From: Rotaria socialis
Lineage: Eukaryota
Direction of reading: 5' to 3'
Length of the DNA stretch: 44,851 bases
Assembly (NCBI GenBank): GCA_905331295.1
Contig: CAJNYD010000249.1
Location: 1-44,851 of the forward strand
Of this stretch, positions 12,832 through 24,939 are shown piece after piece. The position numbers were made by a program, and so were the translations under genes. Under the pieces are notes generated by a model. It made no database searches, was not told the origin of the DNA, and saw nothing but the letters and a program-made list of their open reading frames with translations. Position 1 is the first letter of the stretch. Every line of letters starts with the position of its first letter.

Positions 12832-13632
12832 TTTGTTTTTTGTAACTATTCAGATGATTCGGTATGAAGCGTTATGTGTTTCTTGCCTGTTGAGGAAGTG
12901 TTCAGATGGCTTTGTGTTCGTAACTGTTCCAATGAGCTGAATTCGAATCACAAGCAAGTTAGTGGAATGCGAGTCCTCGTAATTCAATATCGGTTAGACG
13001 ATTCAAAAGAATAATAGAGATAATTTATCCGTGTTTTTTCGATTGTTCGAGTTTTGATGCGTTTCTTCGCAGATAAAGAGTGTCATCGACCGATTTAGCT
13101 GTGGGAATTTTACCATGGGGTTTGAAATGGCATATATGTTATTCTTTTCACATTGTTTGGGTAAGATGTTTCCTGATTAGTGGTGAATTTCGAGGAGCAG
13201 ACTTGATTGAGTTTTCTTTATTAACGTCGGCATAATTATTGAGAATATGTGTCGTTAGAAATGATGAATCACGGTATGGCATGTATTTCTCTTGTCGAGT
13301 TCGGAGAAGGTAGCCTGTGCTTGTTTGTTTCTCATTGATAGCTGTGTGGGTTACGGAAGCTCTTATTTTTGCTTTCTATAATGGCATGATGTTATTGTTT
13401 TTTGGAAATGTGAATGATGAGATGATGTGATGATAATAGTGGTAGATGGGCAATCATATTGACATTCGTGACGATGCTGTTAGTGAAGAAGGTAATTTGG
13501 CGATGATTTTATATACCCTAATGGCAGGTGTGTTTGCGTTTCAGAGGTACTGTTACATATAATATCTTCTTTTCAATTCAGTGATGTTTTCTTTATTTAT
13601 ATATGACAACATAAAGTTCTGAATAAGTTAAG

Positions 13633-16425
13633 TTAGTGGCTGCTTAGCTGTACTTGAGCGTGATGTCTTTGTTTTACCAGTCTCAGGTTGCATTTTGCCC
13701 TGTTGTCGCTTCTTGCATTCGGAATAGATTTGATCATCTTGGTCATCAATTCTTGTTTTAAGTTGTGATTCAGATAAGTTCCAATGATCAGAACAGTATT
13801 CATGATCTCTGTTTGATGGAAAGTGTGACTCCACAATTCATGTATACATCGGCGATTGTTCGCAAGTCTTTTTTCATGTCTTAGGTGAATGATGCGACGT
13901 TTTCTTGTTGGGAAATCGTTGTTGTCTGTAGGCTGTAGATTATGATTTTGTATGTTTTTGCCATGAGTTAGATTGGTAGCTGAGGTTCTGGTTACTTTAT
14001 CATATGTTGTAGCTGTTGATGTTGTCAATAACTGATGATGCAAATAATTGAAGTCATCAGGGTTATTGAGCATAGGCAAAATGAAATACTTGTATAAATA
14101 TTTACTAAATAATGTAGTGAGCTGCCGATGGATATGTCTTGGCGAGTACCGATAAGTCACAGAAAGAGTGAAAAGCATGAATGAATACAGGGAACATACT
14201 CGTTATAGAGAAACATGAGTTTCATTTCTCGTATTTCTTCTTCGAATTCAGATAAGGTTGTTGAATAACGAACTGCTCTCGTAATAGCAGTGTCAGCAGT
14301 GTTTCGGAAAACATGACCAGGGTGATCTGATCCAAATGGTACGACATACGGCTCAGCTGCTTCTTTATGATACACTGAAATTGTTAAAGTGCCCTTTCTG
14401 TTCTCAATGAGTACATCAAGAAATGGAACACTTCTACCAATTTGTCGCACTAGTTTAATGTTAGGATGAAAGTTATTAGCCTCATCTAACATTTGGTCGA
14501 TAGATTCTAGTGAGTCGTTCGACGTAAAGAAAATATCATCAACATATCTAAAATGAGACATTATATGCATAGAATATTATTTTATGAACCATGTTAAATA
14601 CCGCCCGTAGATTTCATTGGATAATTTTAGTCGGTGTACAAGTTGTTTCTCCCATTTCCACATGAAAATATTAGCTAGTGTTAAAGTAAATGCTGAGCCC
14701 ATCGCACCACCAATGACTTGTCGATAGAATTTCTTCTCATAAACGAAAACGTTTTCTTTAATGACGATAAGAGCTAACTTTCGAATTATATCAATTGGAA
14801 TATTTTGAACTTTTTGATAGTCATATTGAAGGAGAAATTCAATTAGAATATCAAGTGATTCTTCTTGTGGTAACATCGCATATAAATCTGTAATATCAAA
14901 CGTACACAAATAAGTTTTTGAAATGAGATGCCCATTTGTTGTGTATGCTTCTAAACGATGAATCAAATCAACTCCATCAATTATTGTGGTTGAACGCGCA
15001 TGTTTATCAAATATCGGTTGTATTAATTTGTCCAAAAACTTTGAAATTCCTGTCGTTGGCATATTCATTGGCGTTACAATTGGTCTCAATGGTGTTCCTG
15101 CCTAGTAAAATGCGTGTAAGAGAGATAAGTAAGAAAAATTAGAAATGAATTACCTTGTGAGGTTTAGGAATGAAATATAAATAAGCTAACTGAACTGTTT
15201 CTCGCTTCAGCATCATTTTATCTAGTTGCCACGATGAAATATATTTTTTAGAACGAAGATCATTGAGTAAAAGAATAACTTTATCAAATACACTCCATAA
15301 CGGATTAGAATCTAATTCAATATAAGCGCCCGTTTTTTATCGATAAGCTTCTGCTTTCTTTTCGTAATCAACTGAATTGTCAATATGAAAAATTCCACTT
15401 TTATCTGTTTCGCGAAGAATGTAGTTTCCTTTCTTTAGCCTATGTTGAATCGATTTCATTAGTTTGAATTCTTTTCGTGTTCGATATATGTTTAGATAAG
15501 ATAATGGAGTCCCTTATTGTTGATATAGACTTGTTTCCAATTGTTGAGAAAATTCTTTGATAATTGTTGATGTAGACTTGTTTCCAATTGTTGAGAAAAT
15601 TCTTTGATAATTGTTGCTGTATATGTTTTTCTTGATGTTTATAAGAATGAAGAGAACTTTGATTTGATCTGATATAATTAGATCCTTGAAATAGAAAACG
15701 TATCAGGACATCAATATTTAAGAATAAATAAACGATTGAGATAATACCCCAAGTGAGCAAAAGACTGGTTAAATGACTAGTCTTTTTTCTAGTCAAGTCG
15801 ACCCGTACCGNTATAGTTTCCTTTCTTTAGTCTATGTTGAATCGATTTCATTAGTTTGAATTCTTTTCGTGTTCGATATATGTTTAGATAAGATAATGGA
15901 ATCATATATTGTTGATGTAGACTTGTTTCCAATTGTTGAGAAAACTCTCTGATAATTGTTGCTTTTAGTGCAATATGAAGCTCACAGATAGGATAACGAG
16001 TTATCACATTCATAATGTTCTTATGTTCTTCCTGTACATGTTTTTCTTGATGTTTATAAGAATGAAGAGAACTTTGAGTCGATCTGATATAATTACGTCC
16101 TTGAAATAGAAAACATATCAGAACATGAATAGATAAGAATAAATTAACGGTTGAGGTAATACTATAAAAGAAAGGCATCTACTGACCACTTTTGGAAAGA
16201 TAATCTAATTGAATTCGATTCAATGATATTTTAGGAACGTCGACAATGATTTGTGGATAAACATCGACTATTTGCTGTTTCGATAATAAATGACGACGAT
16301 GCTGACGTGCTAATGTTACATGGACCCATGCTTCTTTGTAGCGAATTTTACGTATTAATCGATTGGTATAATGACTCAAATAGCATTTCAATAAAGTCAT
16401 GAATATATCTACTTGAATATGTTGA
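13633..16425 (-). pseudogene. Spliced Athena/PLE reverse transcriptase with an in-frame stop and a duplicated N-terminal segment
   Basis: LYFIPKPHK|AGTPLRPIV, FDITDLY, QVIGGAMGS, GR|YVDD, FLDV, SDHP and the Athena-like C-terminus HEKRL..IHELW..LIIG. TAA in AYR*KTG near 15338. Confidence 0.85.
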
Positions 16426-16540
16426 GAGTGTGGGTGTGGGTGTGGGTAAAGACAAGATCCACACCCACACGCACACCCACACCCACTCACACCCGCGAAG
16501 AGAAGCGCGTCACTCACACAACGCACCCGCACCTACACCC
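16426..16540. repeat. Head-to-head telomeric patch capping the truncated Athena 5' end
   Basis: (tgtggg)3-taaagacaagat-ccacacccacacgcacacccacaccc... Confidence 0.8.
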
Positions 16541-17002
16541 TATCATTCATAATCGTAACTCCACATATGGTCGCTCAATATCATTGATAATCTCTTTTGC
16601 ATCGATCAATGCAAGAATCAGCTGATTAGCGGTAGTTTGGAATCAATTGAGCTTGTTCTTATTATTTGCCCTGTCACTAATAAGGACAACACACTCTGTT
16701 AACAAAATATCTCAGATAATCTGTGAATTTCACGTTTCTCTTTCAGTTTCTGTCGAAAAATAAAATGAGGCATTTTCTGCCAAATTTTTAGTAAGTACCA
16801 CTCTTCAAAACAATCGACAATCCTAGCCAACACACACATCCGCATAGCAACAGTGGGCAGATTTTCAAAAAAGGAAATTTCCTAACTAAATATGCATATT
16901 TCAGAAACTACAGGGATGAAAAATTCAATTTTTAGAAAATATCAGAAACTTTCGTGATTAATCCAATATTATTCACCATGAGCCAAAACCAAAATAAAGC
17001 AA

Positions 17003-17044
17003 GGGTGTGGGTATATGATTTTCTCTTTCCACACACCCACACCC
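17003..17044. repeat. Head-to-head telomeric mini-hairpin
   Basis: gggtgtgggt-spacer-acccacaccc. Confidence 0.75.
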
Positions 17045-17129
17045 GTTTCGAATTTAAGTCTTGGCTTTATTCACAAGCAATGCATGCTTTTGTTCATTTA
17101 AAACGTCTTTAAAAAGTTCCACAAAGGTA

Positions 17130-20100
17130 TTAGCTAAAAGTAATCAGATAGGTTGGATAAGCAACACGATTTTCGTAAACGACGTAAACTTTACTGCCTT
17201 TTGTGTCGCCGGACACGCTGTTATATCGTCGGCCGTCAATGTTTTCATTTTTCTTCGGTGGCCGACGTAAGGTTCTGTCATACTGACAATCATACACATG
17301 CCCTGTCAAGACTTGAGCCAAGAAGACCTGACGCTTCCCGTTCGACAATAGATGCGCATACAAGTCGCACGAGTACGAAGCATTTTGTGCAAAATATGTG
17401 CCGATGCCCCACATGCCGCTTTCACAAAATGTCATGTCGAATCCATATTCGCCGAGGTAAATTTCACTAGGCGGCGCGTTTTTCGTCCCGTGGAAAAGTT
17501 CCATTTCGACCTGTAAATCCGGCATTGAATGCAGCTCGTTTCGAAGATTTCGATGACAAAATGCATAATGATTCCACATGCGTGGATTTTGAACGCGTTC
17601 CATTTTGTGAACTTCAATATTGGGTATCGTTTCCTTCATTCGGGTTTCGATACGCATGAAATTTGGATCGTTCCATGCCGATTTCAACTAATCGGCATTC
17701 TTCTTGTTGATCGATCCATTCGCTTGGCAGTCTTAAATCTTCATCATTGCCGATTTGCATTCTTAATATATTCTGAGTGTAGTCAAAGATTTTGAATTTG
17801 GCTTCTGCCACACCTCCCCGCAAACCTTTCAGTATCATCGAAAGTTGTTCAGTGCTTTCAGGTTCAAATTCGATTTGAATTCGCTGTTGATACCCAATTT
17901 CTGCGATTTTACTCTTGTGCTGATCGAGATTTGTATCCAGCTTGACCGAAACTGTCTCAGAAACTTTGACTTCCTCAATGGCTAAGCGAATTTTGTCTTC
18001 GGCTTCTTGTACAGATTGGTGACAAAGGCCAAACAGATTCCACTCGCCTCCGCCTATTTCTGATACGCAATAAAAAAGATCCAGCGGATTTTGGCTCATC
18101 ACCACTGGCGCCGTTCTTTCCTGTTGTTGAACTGGATGGCGAATAATGTCGCATTTTTTTCCCGTGTCCTTTCTGAGCTGATAGCCAACGACGAAACTAT
18201 TTTTCAGCGCAGCAGGATCTTCGATCACGATTTTCTTCTTATCTCGATTAAAATGAAGCTCATAGTCAACGAGAGTCGCACTCATTAAATTATCACATCT
18301 CAGTTTCACATTTTCAATGAAACATACTGCATGACAAGTGTCACAGGCGTCCTTCTTTCTAAAAATATTCCAAATAGTACTGTGAGGGACGTTGTTGGGT
18401 ACATTCGGTATCTCTGAATTTCGAAATCGTAGAAATGCGTTTTCGATCTGTCGTGTATCATCCTCATTGTACATTCTCTCACCAGACTTATCTTGCCAAC
18501 ACCATTTAACCGTGGATGGGGCCGCTTGACAGTTCATCATGTCGTCGTCGTCATTGTTCAAATGTGGAGTTTGGTGATCAACGCGAATCTCGTATTCAAA
18601 CGCAGTTGAAACTGCCTCGTCGACATCGATTAGAACGATGTTCCTCAACTTCGATCGCGGATAATTGGCGAAAAATTGTTTTATTGCCCGAACGACAACA
18701 TTCGCACAAACGACCAGTGGAAAACCCTTGATTTTCGAACCGATGGCCGGTAAAGCAACGCTTGAGCAACTTTCACTTTCGGCGACTTCTAAAGCTGACA
18801 AGACACTGGCAAATAGCAGCGGATGTTTATTTTGATAACCATCGCTGTAATGAGGACTTATTGCGTGAATAACACATTTGAATGGAAGATTTCCGGCCGT
18901 TGTTTTCACCGCTCGGCCAACAGGAATTGGTAAGTCGCCGTTGTTCGAAATCAATTCTTTGCATTCTTGATCCAATGCGGGCCCAGCTGCTTTCGCAATC
19001 GCTTTAGCAACACCGCCAGCGTGCTCCAAAGACCCATTTGCTCCGTTGACGATGGCGTCGACGTGTTCGACCTTGGAAATGTCGCCTATCTCGACGATTA
19101 TCGTCTGACCGCGACTATTTTGAAAAATGATTTTTACGAAATTGGTCTTTTCATCATTCGAATCAACGTTGATATAACGAATAACTGTATTTGTTTCTTC
19201 TTCCATCCTTAATGCTACTTTGTAATTGTTTGCACGCAAGAAATCGGACTCGACCAGTGCAAATCGTAAGCGACGCTCGACAACCTGCTCTTGCACACGT
19301 TTAATAATGTTGTCGATCTTTTCTTTAAGTTTTATAACGTGATCTAAAGGACCACGAAATATCAATACTTCACCACCTCTCGATTCGATGAAAACTTCTT
19401 GTGCTCTGGGCCCGTCGATTAGCGATTTTGTCTCTTCGTCGATGAATCGACGAATATTCTTTGGAATTCGAATGAATTTCGAACGGCGTTTCGGTCGCAC
19501 CTGCTGTTCGCTTGCCAAAGTGAGCATCGCTGTCTGAATCTCAGCGACGAGCATTTTCGATCGTGCCGAAATGATGATCGAATTCGGATCACGCTTCAAC
19601 TGGATATTCGCGTCCCATTCGCTTTCGAATTCTTTGAGCGACGGCGATTTTGTCACGATCAATCTTTGAAATATCATGTCAGACTCCCCATCAGATGGCG
19701 TCCAAACCAAGAATTCTCCGATAAGATTTTCGCATTGTTGGAACACGTTCGAAGTCGCATCTTCGTTGAACCCAACCACTGTTAGTGTATTTTCGGGCTG
19801 TGTTTCGAGTCGAACAGTCCTAGAGTAGTTTTTGAGCCAACCGACTGCTGAACAATCTTTCGAGTCGAGGAGATTTCTGAGATGCGCTCGAACCTTTCGC
19901 TCAATCTTTGTTGCAATGTACCAACTCGGACAACAAGGATACTGTCTCTCTTGTTCACACAAGTTTTCGAGAAATGTAACGACGGCATTTCGCGCATCAT
20001 TGACGCGGCTAATCGAACCAGTAAGTTTCAAATAAGAGTTTTTATCGTCTTGTTCGTCAGATTTGAAACGATCCAGTGAAAACGGCTGGATCCTGATGCC

Positions 20101-20984
20101 AAGCGTTTCCCCCAGTGTATTCAAATCACTTGAACCTTTCTTCCGTAGGTAAATGGTCATGGGTGTGGAAATCACGATTTGTTGCTCCGTTTGAACATGT
20201 TTGCTGAGAAAATTCTTCATTTCGAGCACGATCGTGTCGACATGTTCTCGAAATCCTTTCACTTGCACACACCAGGAACCTTTCTTCGGAAAAATTAAGA
20301 CATACACGTGGCAATTCTTCCTCGATTGAACAAAATCGTTAAAATAATTTCGAATATGATTTTGTCGATCACGATTCGTCCGAAAATTTTGTGTCTTTAG
20401 AATGAATGAAACTTCATCTTGTGTTAACAGGAAAGAGTCTGTAATCAACAAATAATTACGAAATTCATTGATGGCTTCCGACAACAACTCTGACGAGTCG
20501 CTGCACAACGTCACTTGCACGTGATTTCCGCCGCGTTTCACATTCGAAGGGAGGCCTTTGTCATCATGGTCAGATTCATTTTCGTCTTCATCACGCTCAC
20601 AAATCGGCTTTGCAATCACGATTTCAGCGTTCTTCACTATTTCACGATAAGAAATTCCTACGCGATATTTATTCAAACACGCGTTTGTTAAAGGTCCTTT
20701 GAATTTCAAGTTCAAATATTTCGCCAATGCTGCAGTAATATCAGCGGTCTGCTGATTAAGCGATGATTCTAGATAAGTTTTCATGGTTCGAGTTGATTGA
20801 GCTCGTCCATATAATTCCAATTTACCAGTAAGTATATTGACTCTCTCGATACCTGATTCTTCGCGAATTCTTTTGAGAATTCGTTCACCGAAAAACTGGA
20901 GGAAATTTTGTTGGGCATCAGTCAATTTAATGATTTCTGTTGATTTTCGATCAGCTGGATTGGGACCGATGGATTCGTTGTACA
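17130..20984 (-). CDS. PARP14/15-like mono-ADP-ribosyltransferase (KH-like repeats, Macro, WWE-like, PARP catalytic). One +1 frameshift near 17675; 5' end cut by a transposon
   Basis: Macro: GDIS..DAIVNGAN..HAGGVAKAI..VIHA..VALPAIG. WWE-like: KWCWQD..Y...IENAF. Catalytic: LFHGT, GTYFA, YVVYEN..AYPTYLITF, with no catalytic Glu. ORFs 17614-20985 and 17130-17687 overlap in different frames. Confidence 0.88.
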
Positions 20985-21167
20985 CTGTAAAAAAAGAGTA
21001 GAATAATAAACCCTTGCACTATCTATCAATTCTCAAATAACCTTCCAGGGTTTAGGAAAGTAGCATAAACCCTTAAAGGTTTCATGACCTCGGGGATTAA
21101 CGACAAGGGTTTAGTATTTTACGGATAAGGGCATATTATTCTACACTTTTGATAAAAGGGTTTATTA
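20983..21167. mobile_element. Truncated CACTG-terminal (EnSpm-like) element at the 5' boundary of the PARP ORF
   Basis: ta|cactgtaaaaaaagagtagaataataaaccc, the same family as 1098/8171; ends abruptly at a telomeric patch. Confidence 0.7.
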
Positions 21168-21573
21168 GGGTGTGGGTGTGGGTATGGATGTTGGGGTGGG
21201 GTGGCTGAAGGTGTTGTTTTCATTCTTATCGTTCACGACACCCACACCCACACCCTTTTCAGCGAAAGGTTTTTGTGATATAATTTGCTATGGCCTTAGG
21301 TTATTTAACCTCTGACGAAATACCTCCTATCGTGTATTTATTTAATTGTAAACGGTCCTGGGACAATTGACTCTGCAATTCTTGAAAATGAGTCAAANAC
21401 AAATAATTACGAAATTCATTGATGGCTTCCGACAACAACTCTGACGAGTCGCTGCACAACGTCACTTGCACGTGATTTCCGCCGCGTTTCACATTCGAAG
21501 GGTGTGGGTGTGGGGTGGGGTGGGTGTAAGTGTTGTTTTCATTCTTATCGTCCACGACACCCACACCCACACC
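21168..21573. repeat. Two near-identical telomeric hairpin patches (21168-21255, 21500-21573) bracketing copies of ~28473-28613 and ~20447-20550 around an N gap
   Basis: Both patches read (gggtgt)n...gtgttgttttcattcttatcgtYcacgac(acccac)n; the intervening segments match the stated loci nearly exactly. Confidence 0.8.
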
Positions 21574-21643
21574 TTTATTATCACACGTTTCCATTCGCTC
21601 TCTTTAAACTTTATTGAAAGGTCAAAAATACCTACTCGTTTCT

Positions 21644-24055
21644 AAGGATGGGCGCATAAGGACGCGAATCGGCCCGTTTTTATTTTGCCTTTGAAGACAT
21701 TGAAAACATGCACAGAGTCACTCAAAAAAAATGCGCTGCTTATTTCTACGTCGAAAATTAAACGTTCCATAAACATTTCATACACCAAATATATAGCGTG
21801 ACTTAATAGGGGATTTGTATAGAAATCCAAAATGAGAGCGCATATTATCGCAAAGAAAAAAATCTTCCAAAGGCTTCAAAAGCCATCTCATTCGATGGAG
21901 CTTGAAAAGCTGTATACAATGGTAATATTTCCAAATAAAAAAAAACGATGACTAACGTGTGAGCACGAGGTCAAGATTGTGGAAAATCCATCGAAATTCC
22001 TAAATGTCGTTTTTCTGACAGTATAATTGTATAGGATTAGTTTTCTGCTTCAAGATGGTTTATATCTCATTTGATGGCACTTGAAAAGGTGTACAAAATG
22101 GTGTTGTTTTTGGTCAAAAGCATTAGTGAGACTATCGAACACCTAGTTAAAAAGTGAATAATTATTATAGCCCTGCATTGATGGCAACCCGTTATACTGA
22201 TGTGACTTTTATGTACAGCATATTGATAACTTCACTGATTCCGTTTCTTTTTCTTCTTGCATTTCTTTCTTCTCATTTTGCATCTCCTGATCTTCTGCAA
22301 CGATATCAGTATCGGGTTCTATCAGCTTATGGAAGAAGTAGATTCAGGAAAACGATCAGACAGAGAAATTTACGCTAGGCACTTCATTCTCTTTAGTGTC
22401 CATTTTAATATATCGGTACATCAAGATGATCGATTTTATTTTGCATAGCTTTTCGCCGTAGATCAGACTATCCTTCACAGGGCTTCGCAAATAGAGTCGT
22501 TAGGATCGAGGTGCTTTCCGGAGTATGCAGCCACATATGTTCACAATAGTCGGAATCTACCTACCGCATACTTGTCACTACCATGATTGATTTGTACCAT
22601 GCACTGAAAAAATCGATAACGCCCTTCATGTGGCATTACAAAAGAAATAAGATCAATGTATCGATGAAATATACAAATGTACCACTGCATCTGGATTTAC
22701 TTCAGATGTGCGTGTCGTTCACCGCGTGAACACCACTGATGATAACTACGGGACCGCTCAAGACACTAGTGGTCACCGCATAAATGACAGTGGCGATGAG
22801 CACGGGGACGACAAGGTGCATGGACGCGTGGATATTTGCATGATTAACAAAATTGCGAATGTACAAAAGCACGAAATATATTCGATCTGTCGTCAATAGA
22901 TCCTTGAAGGCATGAAAAGCTCTCCAAATGTAGCTCGTTGTTTTACAACGAGCGCATTTGAATATATCTATGCCACATTAAAAATTTTAGATGGGCCGCA
23001 GCATTGCCAACAGGATATTTAACAGAAGACCGCCGTTTTTTAAACTATATTGCAATCGGTAAGGTTTATCACAAAACGAAACTAATGTGAAGCAACGAGT
23101 CTGAATGCCTTGCTAAAGTAAGCAAGCGTTCCAACAGTCTCTAATCTTTCCAGACCATACCCAAAAAGCATTCATTACTTCCTTTTTGGTAACCATACAT
23201 ACAGAAGGATGTAAACTGTTTTGCCCTAAGGAAACAGCCTCCTGAACTTATGCCCGAAATATAACATGCACAGTGTGACAATTCCACACAGCCTATCTCA
23301 ATCACCTTCCCTCCCATGTTACAATATCCTAGACAACTCAGTGGAGAAAATTTAGAGGCATTTTTCTGCACTATTGCCTCTTAAGGCTCACCATCACCCA
23401 CCCTTTTTCAACCTGAAAATATTACTATTTGTACAGCTTTCAAACTCTATTGAATGCGAAATAAACCATCATGAATCAGAAAGCTCATTCTTTACAAGGT
23501 TATTGGCAAAAAATCAAGATTTAAGGAATTTTCGTGGATTTCTCACAATATTGGAGTCCTGGTCACGCACTGGCCATCGTTTTTTCGATTTAGAAATATT
23601 ACCATTTTGTACAGCTTTTCAAGCTCTATCGAGTGAGATACAAACCATCTTGAAGCAAGTAACTAAGCTTATACAAGTATAGTGGAAGAAAACCTGGATT
23701 CTAGGTATTTTAGTTGGGTTTTTCACAATATTGACCCTATGATCACACTGGCCATCGTTTTTTTTTATTTGGAAATATTACCATTTTATACAGCTTTTCA
23801 AGCTCCATCGAATGAGATGGCTTTCGAAGCCTTTGGAAGATTTTTTCTTTCCGATAATATGCGCTCTCATTTTGGATTTCTATACAAATCCCCTATTAAG
23901 TCACGCTATATATTTGGTGTATGAAATGTTTAGGCAACGTTTAATTCTCGACGTAGAAATAATCAGCGCATTTTTTCGAGTGGCTCTGTGCATATTTTCA
24001 ATGTCTTCAAAGGCAAAACTAAAATGGGCCGATTCGCGTCTTTATGCGCCCCCTT
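21644..24055. mobile_element. Non-autonomous DNA transposon with long (~300-450 bp) TIRs
   Basis: 21644-21960 is the reverse complement of ~23740-24055 (gggcgcataaggacgcgaatcggccc / gggccgattcgcgtctttatgcgccc). No intact internal ORF recognised. Confidence 0.75.
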
Positions 24056-24515
24056 CGTTTATTTTTTGTGAAACACGACCTAAAGAGAATATTGAAGTAT
24101 ACAGGGTAGAAATTTGCCCCCCCTCACAAACCGTGACAGATGAATTTACTTATTAATGAAATAATAGTGTACTTAATTAATTAATAATTAATATGTCCCT
24201 AGAAAATCGCTGAAGACCCATCCTAGCCGGTGTCAGACGGCTTCTAAAGGCATCGCAGACCGTGAAAGACAAAGTTCCCGCGTGTCACAGACTGTGAAAG
24301 GCAGGTTCCGGGCGCGACATTCAATGTGGTCGATTTTTTATATAGAGTTAGTGAGTATATCTCACTAATATTTGATGACAATACATTATATATTTTTATG
24401 GCACCTTTAGTACTTAGATAAAATATGATGAGTCAATGGGTATCGAGGTTCATGTATAAAAACAAGGTCTGCATGAATGTTGAGAGCAACTTCATCGTGT
24501 TTCAGATTTTTAATC

Positions 24516-24939
24516 TCAGGGGGATTGCGCTAACAGCTTTTTTTCTTTCGAATTAATTATTGGCTTGTCATTGCCTGAGAAATTCGCTTGAGACTCAGGA
24601 CTGTCATTCATCTGGCTTGCTACTAAAGTATCATTTAAATTAGCAGAAGCCTGGTTAAGGTTGTTATCATCATCGGGAAGGTTTATGCGATTGATTACTT
24701 CGTCTCTTGTATCCAATAAACTTGGCTGCATCGGGTCGAAATCATTTGTCACCGTCGAAGGAACTTCAGCCAGTAGACCGACACTATGCTTGTCTTTCTC
24801 GTGCTGAGCTCTGCTAGCATTGGTGGGAAACGTCTTGGTGCACATGGAGCACCTAAAGAGATCCTGAGTTTCGACAACCGTATTTTGATTCTTTCCAATA
24901 TCTCTTGTGTCCGTCAGAGCAATAGCTCGCTTGTCCTCT
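24516..24939 (-). CDS. Exon with a C2H2 zinc finger and an acidic/Asn-rich linker
   Basis: Acceptor tttcttttag| at 24940; reads EDKRAI...FRCSMCTKTFPTNASRAQHEKDKH. Phase 2 matches the NYN exon donor. Confidence 0.6.

Larger units (their letters stand above)
12778..16425 (-). mobile_element. Athena-type endonuclease-less Penelope-like retroelement (Terminon fragment), 5'-truncated
   Basis: PLE reverse transcriptase with introns, no GIY-YIG visible, 3' hammerhead, telomeric repeats at both junctions. Confidence 0.85.

Noticed and set aside
15420..16170. Tandem duplication within the Athena RT N-terminus
   Set aside because: Straddles the N at 15811; could be two alleles or copies joined by scaffolding, so it is not treated as biological.
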